A DNA stretch of 64,000 nt from Spirogloea muscicola. Lineage: Eukaryota. Within the stretch, counting starts at the first letter, position 1, and every line of letters begins with the position of its first letter. Below the pieces are notes generated by a model. That model had not been told where the DNA came from, searched no databases, and was given only the letters and a program-made list of their open reading frames with translations. The stretch spans positions 635,267 through 699,266 of the forward strand of contig WELB01000001.1 in NCBI GenBank assembly GCA_009602725.1, given 5' to 3'. Shown in pieces: positions 1 to 11,165 of the stretch. Position numbers and translations under genes: made by a program.

Positions 1-108
1 CACGCCATATGTGCATGCAGCTGGTAGCTTGGCTGAAACAGTCCGATCAGGTGTTGTAATTATGCGAAAGATTCCACAGCTGTTTCTTGAGCACATTGAT
101 CTTGTAAG

Positions 109-3100
109 GTGGTGGGACTGGCAGACCATGGGCGAGATACTTCGGACTTGTGCAAGAGCATACTGCATATTGACCAAAGGTGCCATGACCTTGCTGCAGG
201 TTCCACCCGCTGCAAGAGTTTGACTACGAGAAGCGAAGCTGCAGGAGAAGATTGCTCGGCCATAACAAGCGCAGGAGAAAAAGTGGACGAGAGGTCGCCT
301 CTGGCTCCCAAAGCTCCCCAGGTTGATCACATCGACACTCATGCATGCATCTTCATGCGACCACTTTCAAGACTCTCTTTCAAGACTCTGTTCGCTGTTG
401 AGTCAACCTATCTGGCTTTGTCTTTTCACAAGTGCTTGTCACTGTTAAGAAGGAATGCCTATCTAGGACATGCATCAGCATCTCGACTTGCCATCGTGTT
501 GTCTTGGAAGGGAAAAGATGATCGTGTCCTGAGCATGCTCCTCGTTTCAGGCTTTGTTTCTGACTTAATATGCCATCCACTCCCTAGCTCCTGACAAGCA
601 TCCCTGTCTATACTGTTTAATCAAAGCTTTCCTGAGTATTTTTGTTGCTGGGTGAGACAGAGAAGGCCGTGTTGCTAAAACAGCTGTCTCAAGGCTGGGA
701 AGGCTTGACTAGATCAGGCCAGGGTTTTGACAAATCAGGAGTGAGGGAAGAGCCAGCTGCAGCTCAGAGTGGGCTGTTTCAAGCGCCAGCACGAGCAAGG
801 AGTCCAGTGGGGAGCAAGCAAGGACCACAACAACTTGCCAGGACCTCATCCTTACCTCAGTTTGCCATTCCTAGAAGCAAGGGTTCGGAAGCAGGCTTTG
901 GCGGGCACTCTGGTGTTGCTGGTTCCCTTGCACCTACTGTACCGCCTAGCGGCAAGTCAAGCTCCGATCTCTCACGCCAGCGCCCCAGTGACCAAGTCAC
1001 ATCCACGTTTCCTACCTCCAGCCAGAATGAAGAGGGAGCATCTGATCACAGTGAGAGGACCCCAAATATTTTTGACACTGGGCTGAGAATGCTTCAAGGA
1101 CTCAGTGCAGCCCATGTAGGTAAAGTGCATGCAGACGAGGACCTTATCGCAGCAGTCCTGCAACAGCGAAGGCATCCCGTCCCTGGAAGTTTGACTGACA
1201 GCCAACTTAGCCTCGCCCTCTCTGGCCAGCAGCCTCTAGCTCAGCACCACCAAGATGCTGGACAACAGCAAACGAGAAGGGGAGAGGATGAAGCACTTCT
1301 ACAGATGCAAAACTTGAGAGAACAGGGCAGGTCTGGTGGGCAGGTGGAGAGAAATCTCTTGCTCAGCCTCAGCAACTGGCAGGGGGGTGTACCTGGCGCC
1401 CAATCTCTATCGACACACCAAGAGAACATTGTGGATGTACGTGATAGGATGGAACAGGGAAGGCCCACGGAGCACCACGTAGGAACACAACCCACCCTGG
1501 CGGCGCCTCATTTTCCACATCTGCAACAGGAGGTGACAGGCCGTGTGTCCATGAAACTATTCAATCGAAATCCTGCTGACTTGCCCACAAACCTAAGGGA
1601 GCAGGTGATCTCCGAGATTTGCCCTTTCCACCTAGATTGACATCCCATGGTCATCAAATTGCATGCATGACTGGCTTAGCTTGCACTTAAGTGGCTTACA
1701 ATGCGCCCCTTGCCATTCAATGCCCCCTTGCCATGCCCTTGCAATCCTCTCTTATGAAGCCTGACGATGATCCGCTGATGATAGCAACCAAATGTTATGA
1801 CGCCATTGCTGGTCTTAAAGTGCAAGAAGGAGAAAAACGAGGATGCTGACAAACGCCGGGCATAGGATGGTGCAGCTTAGGTGGTCATGCTACCGGGGGT
1901 ACGTTGTTAATGCAGATAACAAGGGTTTAGGGTTTAGATCACCAGAAAAACATAGCTTGATGACCTTGAAGTGGCAGCTCCTTGATCATGATCCTTCTTT
2001 CTGACAAATCTGCATGTCTATACTCTATTCAGGTTATGGACTGGCTGGCCCAGCAGCCAACGGCAATGGAGAGTCTCATCCGTCCTGGCTGTGTCCTCCT
2101 CCTCATTTACATCCGAATGACAGCAGAATCGTGGAAAATGGTCTGCCCCCAATAGTGCAGTAGCCTTTAAGAGAAGTACTCGTTGACATAGGCATAGGTC
2201 AATTTGTGGACCCTGACGAGATAGCAATTGCAAATACTCGTTTTGTGCTGAAGTATATGCCTAGGCGGCGGCTGTTGGCTACTGAAACCTGTGAAAGCAG
2301 ACTGTTGGCGACCTGAAAGGCAGCCTGCAAAGACTTGCTGCTGGCTCCGGGGCAAAGTTCTGGCGTGCGGGACTCGTCACTGTGCAAGTAGGTGACAAGA
2401 CAGTCTCTATGAGTGAAGGTATGATAGCATTTCTGCCCATGTATCTCTTGTTCCTAAAACAATCTGGCCCTGCCTTGATCAATGATTGGCAAGCCTACTT
2501 GCATAGCCAGTTGCATAAGCACCATCTGGTTAGGCTTTCCCCACAAAGTATTTGAATAGCATCTAAGAATAGCTTCAAAGAATGTAAGACAACCTGGATT
2601 GCTGAACATTCATTAGGTGTGCTGTTGTCACTCCCTTTGTACTTGTGGCTTCTATGAAGGATGGGTGTAAACACTGATCAGACCGTGGCATTGCTGAGCA
2701 GGTGTGGTGCAGGATTTGAAACCCACAATGATTATTCCAAGGATTGCTGCGATCAGGCCAATATGTGTAGTGGCAGGACATTCAGAGGTTGTCACAGTCG
2801 AAGGTTGGCACTTGATGCAGACAGATTGGTCACTGGTGATTAGAGCCAGGAGCCATGTTGAGGAGCAACAGTCAACAGACCTGGATGAGCAAAGACTACG
2901 CACACCGTGGCAGTGCCTCCAAGAAAAGTCAGCTCACATGGAAGATGGAGTTTCACAGGAGATGGCAGATCTGAGACTTGAAACACAAGAAGAAGGAAAT
3001 GACGAAGTAGGCTGCATGCAACAGCTGTCCTTCAAGTTCAGTGATTTGCAAGTGGCAGTCTGTGGCCGCGCTTTTGTGGAGGTAAGGACTGTTACTGCAC

Positions 3101-4253
3101 AGATGCTCGGCATCGTGCTGAAGAGCGGGCAGATCTGACCGAAGCACTTGCTGGCATGTGACAACTCTTCCTGTGAACGATGTATGTTATGTGTCAAGTA
3201 GAGGTGCGGTTGTTCATGACAAGCTGCACAGCACGAACTTCCTTCTGATGTGCTTCTAGCGTATCTGAATTCCATGGTGCTGCAGATGGAGCACAAAGAG
3301 CGGCTGCTCTCAAATACATTACCACTGCTTGTGGTCCCTAATCATGCGCTTTGTCTGGAGATCCGTACTTTGGAGTCTTCCTTAGGAGCTCGTGACATGG
3401 ATACTCGTGGTTTGGGAGAGTGCCTGCATCTAAGCAGAGGAGGGTGGCACGTTGTCCATGACCTTGGTTGGGCCTTTCAGGAGCTTTCCAGGCTGCGATC
3501 CTCTCGCCAAAAGGCAGTTGCAGAGCCCGACGGTCAGCCCGCAGCAAAGACGCCAGAAGTACCCAAGGTCCCGCCTCAGCTATCTGCAGGCTGCCTGGTC
3601 CGTCTGATCGCATTTGCTTCGCGATGTAGATGGCACAACGTCTTGCTGCTCTTGCTGGAGCTTGCAGCCGAGCTAGTGGATTCCGATTTCATGGCCCACT
3701 GTCATGCTATCAATGAGCAAACTGGTGAAGGAAGGGGTTCATCCTCCCCCAAGACCGTCCTCAAAGATCAGGACTCGACCAGCTGGTCAGCAGCCAGCTT
3801 CTCCTCAAGCCTTCATCTTTTAGTAGCTGATGTCATGGCAGCAACATGAGTGTTACACTTGCACACAACGACAGCACACTGTTCATGTATCATCATATCA
3901 ACTCCTCGTTGCAGTTTGTGCTACAATAAGATCAAATGTTTAACGCAGCTCTTCTTGCTAGCCGTTGTCAAACACCATGAATCTTTGTGATAAAGTGACT
4001 CAAATGCCTGACAGTGATGCTCAGGAGTCTTCTGAATATGCAATATTCATAGCACATGTCAGCCGAACAACAGGTCTGCTCTGCAAAGACTATAACAGGA
4101 GATATGCAAGGGCCTGCTGACAGCAATACCCTGTTTGCTGGCCAGAGCTGGTGGAGCTGTGGCGAGTTGCTGTCCTGCTTTTCACTCAGCTGGTTAGATC
4201 GGCCAAGGGCGGGGGCACATCATTCTTTGAGGGTCTTGACCAGGCGTCACTAA
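109..4253 (+). CDS. SPL: Large SQUAMOSA promoter-binding-like protein (SPL1/SPL7 type), 3' part, multi-exon; SBP domain not seen, presumably upstream of the window
   Basis: Spliced motif [23 protein letters not shown] (donor 1605) | [27 protein letters not shown] (exon from 2033). It is followed by [61 protein letters not shown] and HDLGWAF, all matching conserved blocks of large SPL proteins. Both ends are uncertain. Confidence 0.8.
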
Positions 4254-5650
4254 TTCGACACTGAGTTACATACTCAAGTTGGCCACCGCCTGCAAGTGTG
4301 AAGCATCTTAGAGCTTCCTCCACAATGCAGCTCTGTCATGGACTCACCTGCAATTAGATGCAGCGAGGTTTAGCAATCATCATCTCTTTTCGGGTGGTAT
4401 TGAAGCCAGGCATAGTTGCGTGTATGATCAAGTACGTATGTGCCTGATCAAGCATTCCATTTGCTCCTCTTGGCAGTAGATTAGCACAACTAATCTCCTT
4501 GAGGCTTCTTTCAATGAGGGGCAGAACACGCCATTCTTTATGATAGAGACACAGTCCCAACTTTGTTTCTAGCAGCCTGACGCATGTAGAGTTGTTGAAA
4601 TGGCCGTCTCCTGAAGTCAAATATCAATGCTTATCTGCTCAAGGATGTGCAGGCTGTAAGCACATGCAGGTGATCATCATATTGGAAGGAGGTGCACAAA
4701 GTTGGTCCTGGGACCGGCCTTCCAAAGTCTTGCTGGCACTGCTCCTTGTCAATGTCTAGGATGTAGGGTTAGGCTTGACAGGATATAGGGGAGGAAAGGA
4801 GGCGGGGGGGGGGGTTTTGGGGAGGCGCGGGCGCGGGAAGGGGGCGCACCTCTCCGCTGGCAGTGCCCAGGCGAGCGCCGGATGCACTGAATTCTCGCAC
4901 TTTAAGACACCCAGTCAATTGACACCCTGACGATCCATAGAGCATCACAGATCAGAACATGTGCCCAAGGATGGCTACCTGAGTAACTATCTCAGATAAT
5001 TGTCCAGGACCAGAACACATGCTTCAAGGCTGGATGGCTGCATGCTTCTAAGATGCACCCATGTGCGGAGGTGTTGCATGGCTTGGGGGCTTCCATACCC
5101 TTTGTTACTGGAACTGCTTAGCGTTCACTGCAGTGGCTGAGTCACGAAGCTGCATCCATGCATGCATATCTGCAGAGATGTATATCTAGGAGGCAAGATA
5201 TTGAGTGAGACTGTGGATCTTGCACCCAGCTCCCATCACGACATGCAGAAACTTAGGTGAGGCAGTAATTTCTTTGACTGCAGTTATGGTCCTTTTAAGT
5301 GTTCGTGTTCAAGTCTGTGTTTTGGTGTGTGGGAATCCAGTCAAAGGCGTGGACCTTTCGGCGCGGGTCACAAGGGTCTGCAGCGGTCATGTTAGACACA
5401 AGGACAGTCATACAGCAAGGAAACAGATGCACAACATCACTGCAGACAAGGAGCATCCTTAAGGTCAGTGCCGCCTCTTGCCGGACAAGTAGGCGTGAAG
5501 CAAATGATGCGAGAGATGACACTTCAATTGTGACTAGCGTGAGCCTGCAGCCAAGCTGCAGGCTCACGCCACTGCTTCACCAGCTAGTAGGTGCAAATGC
5601 TTGCATATCTTCACCCTATTCTGTGGCCACTGATTCTTATTGCTTTGCTC

Positions 5651-8642
5651 TCAAGCAGACAGTCTGGCTGCTTGAATCTTTATGAGCCTCACTATAGAGG
5701 AGTCGGTTTGATACACTGCAAGTGATGTATCAGCCATGGCATGGTCCGCAACATTCAGGACCCACAACAAACAGCCAGCATAGAGTTGCCTAGCCCTTGC
5801 GGAGGCGTATGCTTGGTTGTATGTAGTTGCATAAACCTGCAGACGGCACACATCAGTACGTGTCTGCTTGGGCAGGCATGCTGCCCTGAAAATGAGATCT
5901 ACAAACAACTAATCATCGACGCTGTCCATGTCAAGCAAAATAAGGTCCTAGTGCATGCTAACATGCAATACTTATCCTGATCTTGTTGCTGCAAGAGGTA
6001 TTGATTTTGTGGTCATTAGAGGCGAGTAATACTCGTCAGATGAAGATTCTAACCACCTCACTTATATTATTAGACCAGCTCAGATCAGAAGTCGGCATGC
6101 TGGACAAACAAATGTCAAGGCGCCTTGCTACCTGCTCTCTGCCTGAGCTGGGGTACGAGAACTCGGTCAATATGACGGGCTTCTGAAGGGTCGCAGTGGC
6201 TGCCTCATGTGAATTAACCCAACGCGTTAGGAACTCGTTGTCAAGTTTGACACCCTTGTTGAGCCTGAGCTCACAACATGGTGTACAAGTGTCAGGCATG
6301 TCAGTGACCATCATGGCTTGGCTCCGTTGACATGCAAACGGACTTAGCAGGGAGATTGTGTGCATTTCATCCAGCAAGGGGCGATGACTTGAAGACAATG
6401 TTGATAGCAACTTATTTATCAACCGTCTTTTAAGTAGCTGGTAGCTCAAGGATGAGGGAGAATGCTTTGCTGCCAGGCTTGTGTTTGACAGCATCGCTCT
6501 GCATTCTACACCACAATCCATGTTTGACACAGCACAGACCAGAGGTGAGGATGTCCATGAAATGCTGCGAAGTCGATCTGGGTTATGCCATGAAGCTGCA
6601 CAAAGTCTCCGCCGCAGTTCTGATAGTAGTTGGACGGTGGAGGGTTCTGGGCTGACCACCTTGAGCCTGTCAATGGGCCAAGGTGCGGAGATACCTCAAT
6701 TTCAGCTCAGACTGGCTCGCACAGAATGAGTTGCACCATGACATGGCAAATCCATCTGCATAGCATCCTTGAGGAAGGCTGCAGCTTGAAGGAAGACTAC
6801 AGGATCGTCCACCATGTCCAACAGCTGTGTGTTCTCTGTCGCACCTGAGCCAAAGAAGCCCTCTGCACCAACTGTGAGAAGGTGCTTGGAGTCGATTCTC
6901 TTCACGAACTTTGCCATAGTGGTAACCCATGGCAAGAGCCATGACCCACATCCATCACACCTGAAGCCAGTAGAACGAAGTGTAGGTTCTGATGTTATGC
7001 ATGACTGCGCATCAGTGACCAGACCAGAACTTTGCTAGCAAAGGAGCAGGGCTCCTTGGCCAATACTCCAAGTAGGTAGCTAAAAATTGGATTTCGTATC
7101 ACCAAGCAAGCCTTATGAGGAGCCACTTTGTAGCAGGAGCCTTCCTGGAATTGCTTGATACACAATGGTAAGCTGCCCAGCCCATGCACAGTATGTCTGA
7201 GATGTCATGAAGGACGACCAAGCTGAGGAGTTCAAAGAATTTTGGGGGTGTCATATTACGGTGTCGGGTATTCTGTTCGCACGAATATTAGCACAGCGGA
7301 ACCTACAAAAGCAGCAGACGTTTCAGCAAAGCAGTGGATGCTGGATGTGGCATGTATTGAGACCCGACTTCACCTTGGCTCATTGATGAGTTCCCACCCG
7401 AAGATTGTTGGGTCGTCCTTGTATTGCAAGCCTGTATATGTGTTTCTGCGTGTGAGAATCGCCTGCACATATCTTTGGTAGTACACTTGAGCCCGTTGAT
7501 CCCGATAGAAGGCATTGACGAACCCAGTGGAGCTTGTATCTGGAGACTGGTGCCCCTGTGCCTGGAGGCTCCACAACATGTACTGCTTCTTTCCACCATA
7601 GGCATCCCAGTTGTTCACCAGAGGTAGCAGAAGCCGTATACCATTGTGGCCAGCAGCTTGTACCACGTAGTCCAGAGCCTGCAGCTCGCAACATGATCAT
7701 GCTCAGGGTCCGACAGCCAATCACTCTCAGTACTCACATGTAAATGGCAATGTTGTGAAAAAAATGTGTGCGAATCAGACTGCATGGTGTTTGTCTCCCT
7801 TATGTAGGCTTCAACCACCAGGTAAGCTCACTGTCACTCCAAGCTGAGGAACACACAGCAAGTTGCCGAGCATGAGGGCTATGTCGGGAGTCCTCGGTCA
7901 GAGGACTTCTTGAAGAGGTCGATAGACGACGACAGCTAAGTTATCTCCGACGTCTTGAGAAACAACATATACCAAAAGGAGCTACAATTGCGTAGAATGG
8001 CACCTTGAAGACATTCTCATCAAACTGCCCTGGCTTTGTTTGCAGCGCTTTGAAGCTATTACTGCTGCCATCTGCAAAAGCCCACATCCGACAGACATTC
8101 ATTCCAAGACTCTTTGCCGCCTGGAATATCTCTTCTACCTGCACAAAAATGATGAAGCGACAGAGGGAGCATCAAGATGTAGCTGGCAAGAAGTGGGCCA
8201 GATCAGTAGCGCTTACATTCACCCCTTGTGCCTCAGGTATGCACGAATTTTTAATGAACAATGGGTTTGCTTGATGGACTTGTGTCAGCAGCTACAATAT
8301 GCTTCGGCAGATGTAAGATTGCACTGCGGAGACGTCTCGCGCCGTCAAGTCTGCATAGGGGCAAGCCCGAGAGGCGTCAGCAGAGCACAAAGCGAAGTAT
8401 CCTGTGTGCTTGCATACCTGATGCTTCTGACCTGGCCGCGCCGCTGCCTGGAGCAGCCAGAAGGTGTTGAAGCCATTGACATTAAAGCGCCTGCCCCTTG
8501 CAACGAGATTGATGCCCTCGCGCTGCACGAAGGCGGAGGAGGCGGGCAAGCTTGCTGCAGCCACGCAGGATGGCATCGAGGACGTGAATGGAAACCCGAA
8601 ACCAGCGAACAGCACACCAAACAAGACGATCGGGAGCTGCAT
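5651..8642 (-). CDS. MAN: GH5 endo-1,4-beta-mannanase, secreted, multi-exon
   Basis: Signal-peptide-like start MQLPIVLFGVLFAG at 8642. Motifs FNVNGFNTFW, RMWAFADG, LVNNWDAYGGKKQY, DDPTIFGWELINEPR (acid/base Glu), IDSKHLLTVGAEGFF, IDFAAFHGHPHLW, KPVILTEF (nucleophile Glu) and AGCLLW. Stop at 5651. Confidence 0.93.
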
Positions 8643-9369
8643 TGAGCTTCTGTTGAACCGCCGAGATTCGTCCGAGGGATGGATGGACCCAATTGTGAAT
8701 GGAGCAAGCGGCGAGTGCCAAGCTCTCGCCAGATTGGGTCCGTGAGGCAGTCCAAGGAGCGGTCTCAGTAGCGGTATGGCCAATGTGGGTTATGCAGAGC
8801 GCGGTCCGGGTGCAATGCAGGCCCAGGCATGGAGCTGGAGGGGGATGGAGGTGGTCAACGGGGGCGAGCGGTCGTGGGCGGCTCGGCGAGGGGGCTGCGG
8901 GGCAGGAGGAGCGGGCCCGAAGGGGGCCGCCATGGCGGGGTCGGTGGGCGAGGGGCAAGACGGGGACGGATCGCGGAGCAGCGGGCAGCCCCGGCTCCCG
9001 AGGGGTGCGGGGGAAGACGCGGTGGGGCGCTGGCGGGCGCGCGGAGAGCCGGGGGGCGAGCAGGCTGACGCCATAGTTGCCGGAATGCCGGGCGCCGCAC
9101 GGGCTGGGGAGGCCGTCACGAAGACTGCGGGCTGCTGGTATGAGACGAGGGGAGGCCGTCACGACGGTCGTCACGGCGGGAAGCGGGGCGGTTGAGGCGC
9201 CCGCCGGGCCGCGGGCGGCTCCGCTGCGCTGGCGGCCCGGGGAGGGGGGAGCTCCGCACGGCCCGCGGGGCGGGCGGCCACGGCGGCGGCGGGCGGGCGG
9301 CGGAAGAATTCGACTCGTGATCGCAGAAGCGCGGCTGTGAAAGCCAGCCAGGTGCACACTGCCGCGGAC

Positions 9370-10175
9370 CTCTTGCCTGTTGCTTGTTGCCTTTTGTGCT
9401 TGCTTTTCTTAGTGCTTTCCCTGGCCCCTTCTCGTCCTTTGTTCATTCCTTTCTTTTGCTGGCATTCCCCAGCCCCTATCCTCAATGGGCGAGCCCTTTT
9501 TCTTTTCGTATTGCTTCCCCTGGCCCCTTCTCGTCCTTTGTTCGTTCTTCTTTGGGCTGGCTTTTCCCAGCCCCTATCCTCAACGGGCGAGCCCTTCTCT
9601 CTTGGCTGTGGACGTGCATGGGGCTCTCGGATCCCACTGGCTCGACCTGTTGGCCAGGCTTGCACGGCGCGCTGTGTCCCGCAGGCGCGGTGAGCCGGCT
9701 GACTTCAACGCCGCTGGCTCGTGGGCTCAGGTGTATCGTATGCGCTTGTCCGTCTCCCTCCAGCGGTCCATGGCCCACGCCTTGCATCTGCGTGCTGGCC
9801 GTGCTCTCGCTGCGGCCTCCGGCTTTCGTCAGGGNGCCGGCGCGCCGGCACGCGCGCGGCACGCCCCCCCCGCGCCGATCGGCCCCCGCCGCCGGCAGAC
9901 GGCGCGGGCAGACCTCCCCTTTCCAGCGGAAAGAGAGATTGGCAGTTGATTGGCCACCCCGGCACGACGAACGAGCAGAGTTTCCAAGGGGCCGGAAAGG
10001 CGGCGAAGCCCACCGGAATGGAAGAAGAAAGGGGGCGAGGGCTGTGACCAGCCCGCCCGAAAACCGATCGGCAAGGTCCGAAGCACACAGCTTTCCTTCT
10101 TTCTGGGCTGGCCCCCGCCCCCTTGGGAAGTCCCCCCTCCTCAGCGGCTACTGGGTGCTCGACATCCCCTGCTGA
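9370..10175. mobile_element. Cluster of CRE-like non-LTR retrotransposon 3' fragments (family B), including two tandem 3'-UTR copies and an endonuclease C-terminal fragment
   Basis: Repeats start at 9421 and 9520 (CTGGCCCCTTCTCGTCCTTTGTTC...CAGCCCCTATCCTCAA.GGGCGAGCCCTT). Peptide AVDVHGALG...YRMRLSVSLQRSMAHALHLRAGRAL at about 9600-9830 is paralogous to 42300-42470. An inverted UTR copy lies near 10040-10085. Confidence 0.75.
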
Positions 10176-11165
10176 GCAGCAGGAGAACGACTGCAGCTGC
10201 TGCCGTGGCAGCCAGAAGCGAGGCGGCGGCGCTGCCCGCCCGGCCTCGGACCTCCCTCGCACTTTATTCTCCCCCCCACTCGCCTCCGATTCTCTCGCTC
10301 TCTCCGACCAGTCCCCTCCGCCCCGACCAGCTCGACCGCCTGCTACCCGCCCCGCCGCTGCCGCCGCCTCGGCGGCCGCTAGTGCCCCTTCCCCCTCCAT
10401 CGTAAACCGCCATCGTAAGCCCCCGTCTGATTCCCTCGCCCCCGGCAGCCCGGCCCCCGAGCTCGGTCCCCCCCTCCTCCCTCGCGGTAGCTCGCTTGGA
10501 GCTGGCCTGCTGCACCAGCTGCTGCCGGCACCCGAGCGCCTCGGCCTCGGCCCACCAGCATCGGCTACACTGAGCTCGCGGCCCGCGGCTCGCAGCTCGG
10601 CACCTCCGCTCCGAGAAATGCAGGTGGGCAAGACCCCTGCATGGCCACCCTGCATCACCTCACTGTGGCTCCTCCGATAGGCATTTAGCACGACTGAACC
10701 TTGGGAGGCACTTGCGGTAGTCGAAGAGGGCGAGCTGCAAGCGTAGCTCACCCTGACACCACGCTGGCGGTCACCTCGCGGGAGACGCTGTGGCTCTGGT
10801 CTTCAGACCAGCTCTAGGCGGCACACCTCCGTCGTACTGCCTGTGCGCGCTATGCTTGGACCGACAATGAGCTTGCACCGACCTTCGCTTCTGCAGGCCC
10901 TCTTGCACCTCGGAGCTGTGCTCCGGGTGCTCCTCCTGTACACTTCGCTGGCATATCCCGTTGTGGCACAAACGTGGCGTGACCTGGCCTGCACAAGGTG
11001 ATCGAGCTTCCTCTGGAGGCCTACAGAGCAACACTTGGAGCAAGAGATGATGCCTTGTGCTAAGCACGTTCCGACGGATTGTGCTGGCTGCCTCGTGCAT
11101 CTGACTGGCGGGACTCCTCTTTTCAGACTGCATGCCCTGTTCGCAAGACCACAGTCACTTCATAG

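Noticed and set aside
4786..4846. G-rich tract as a functional G-quadruplex or promoter
   Set aside because: Only base composition supports it, and no associated gene start was identified.
8482..10751. Long overlapping ORFs (291, 263 and 348 aa) in the GC-rich spacer
   Set aside because: Low-complexity Arg/Pro/Gly/Ala translations are expected from very high GC content, and no domains are recognisable. Only the 9600-9830 retro fragment is interpretable.
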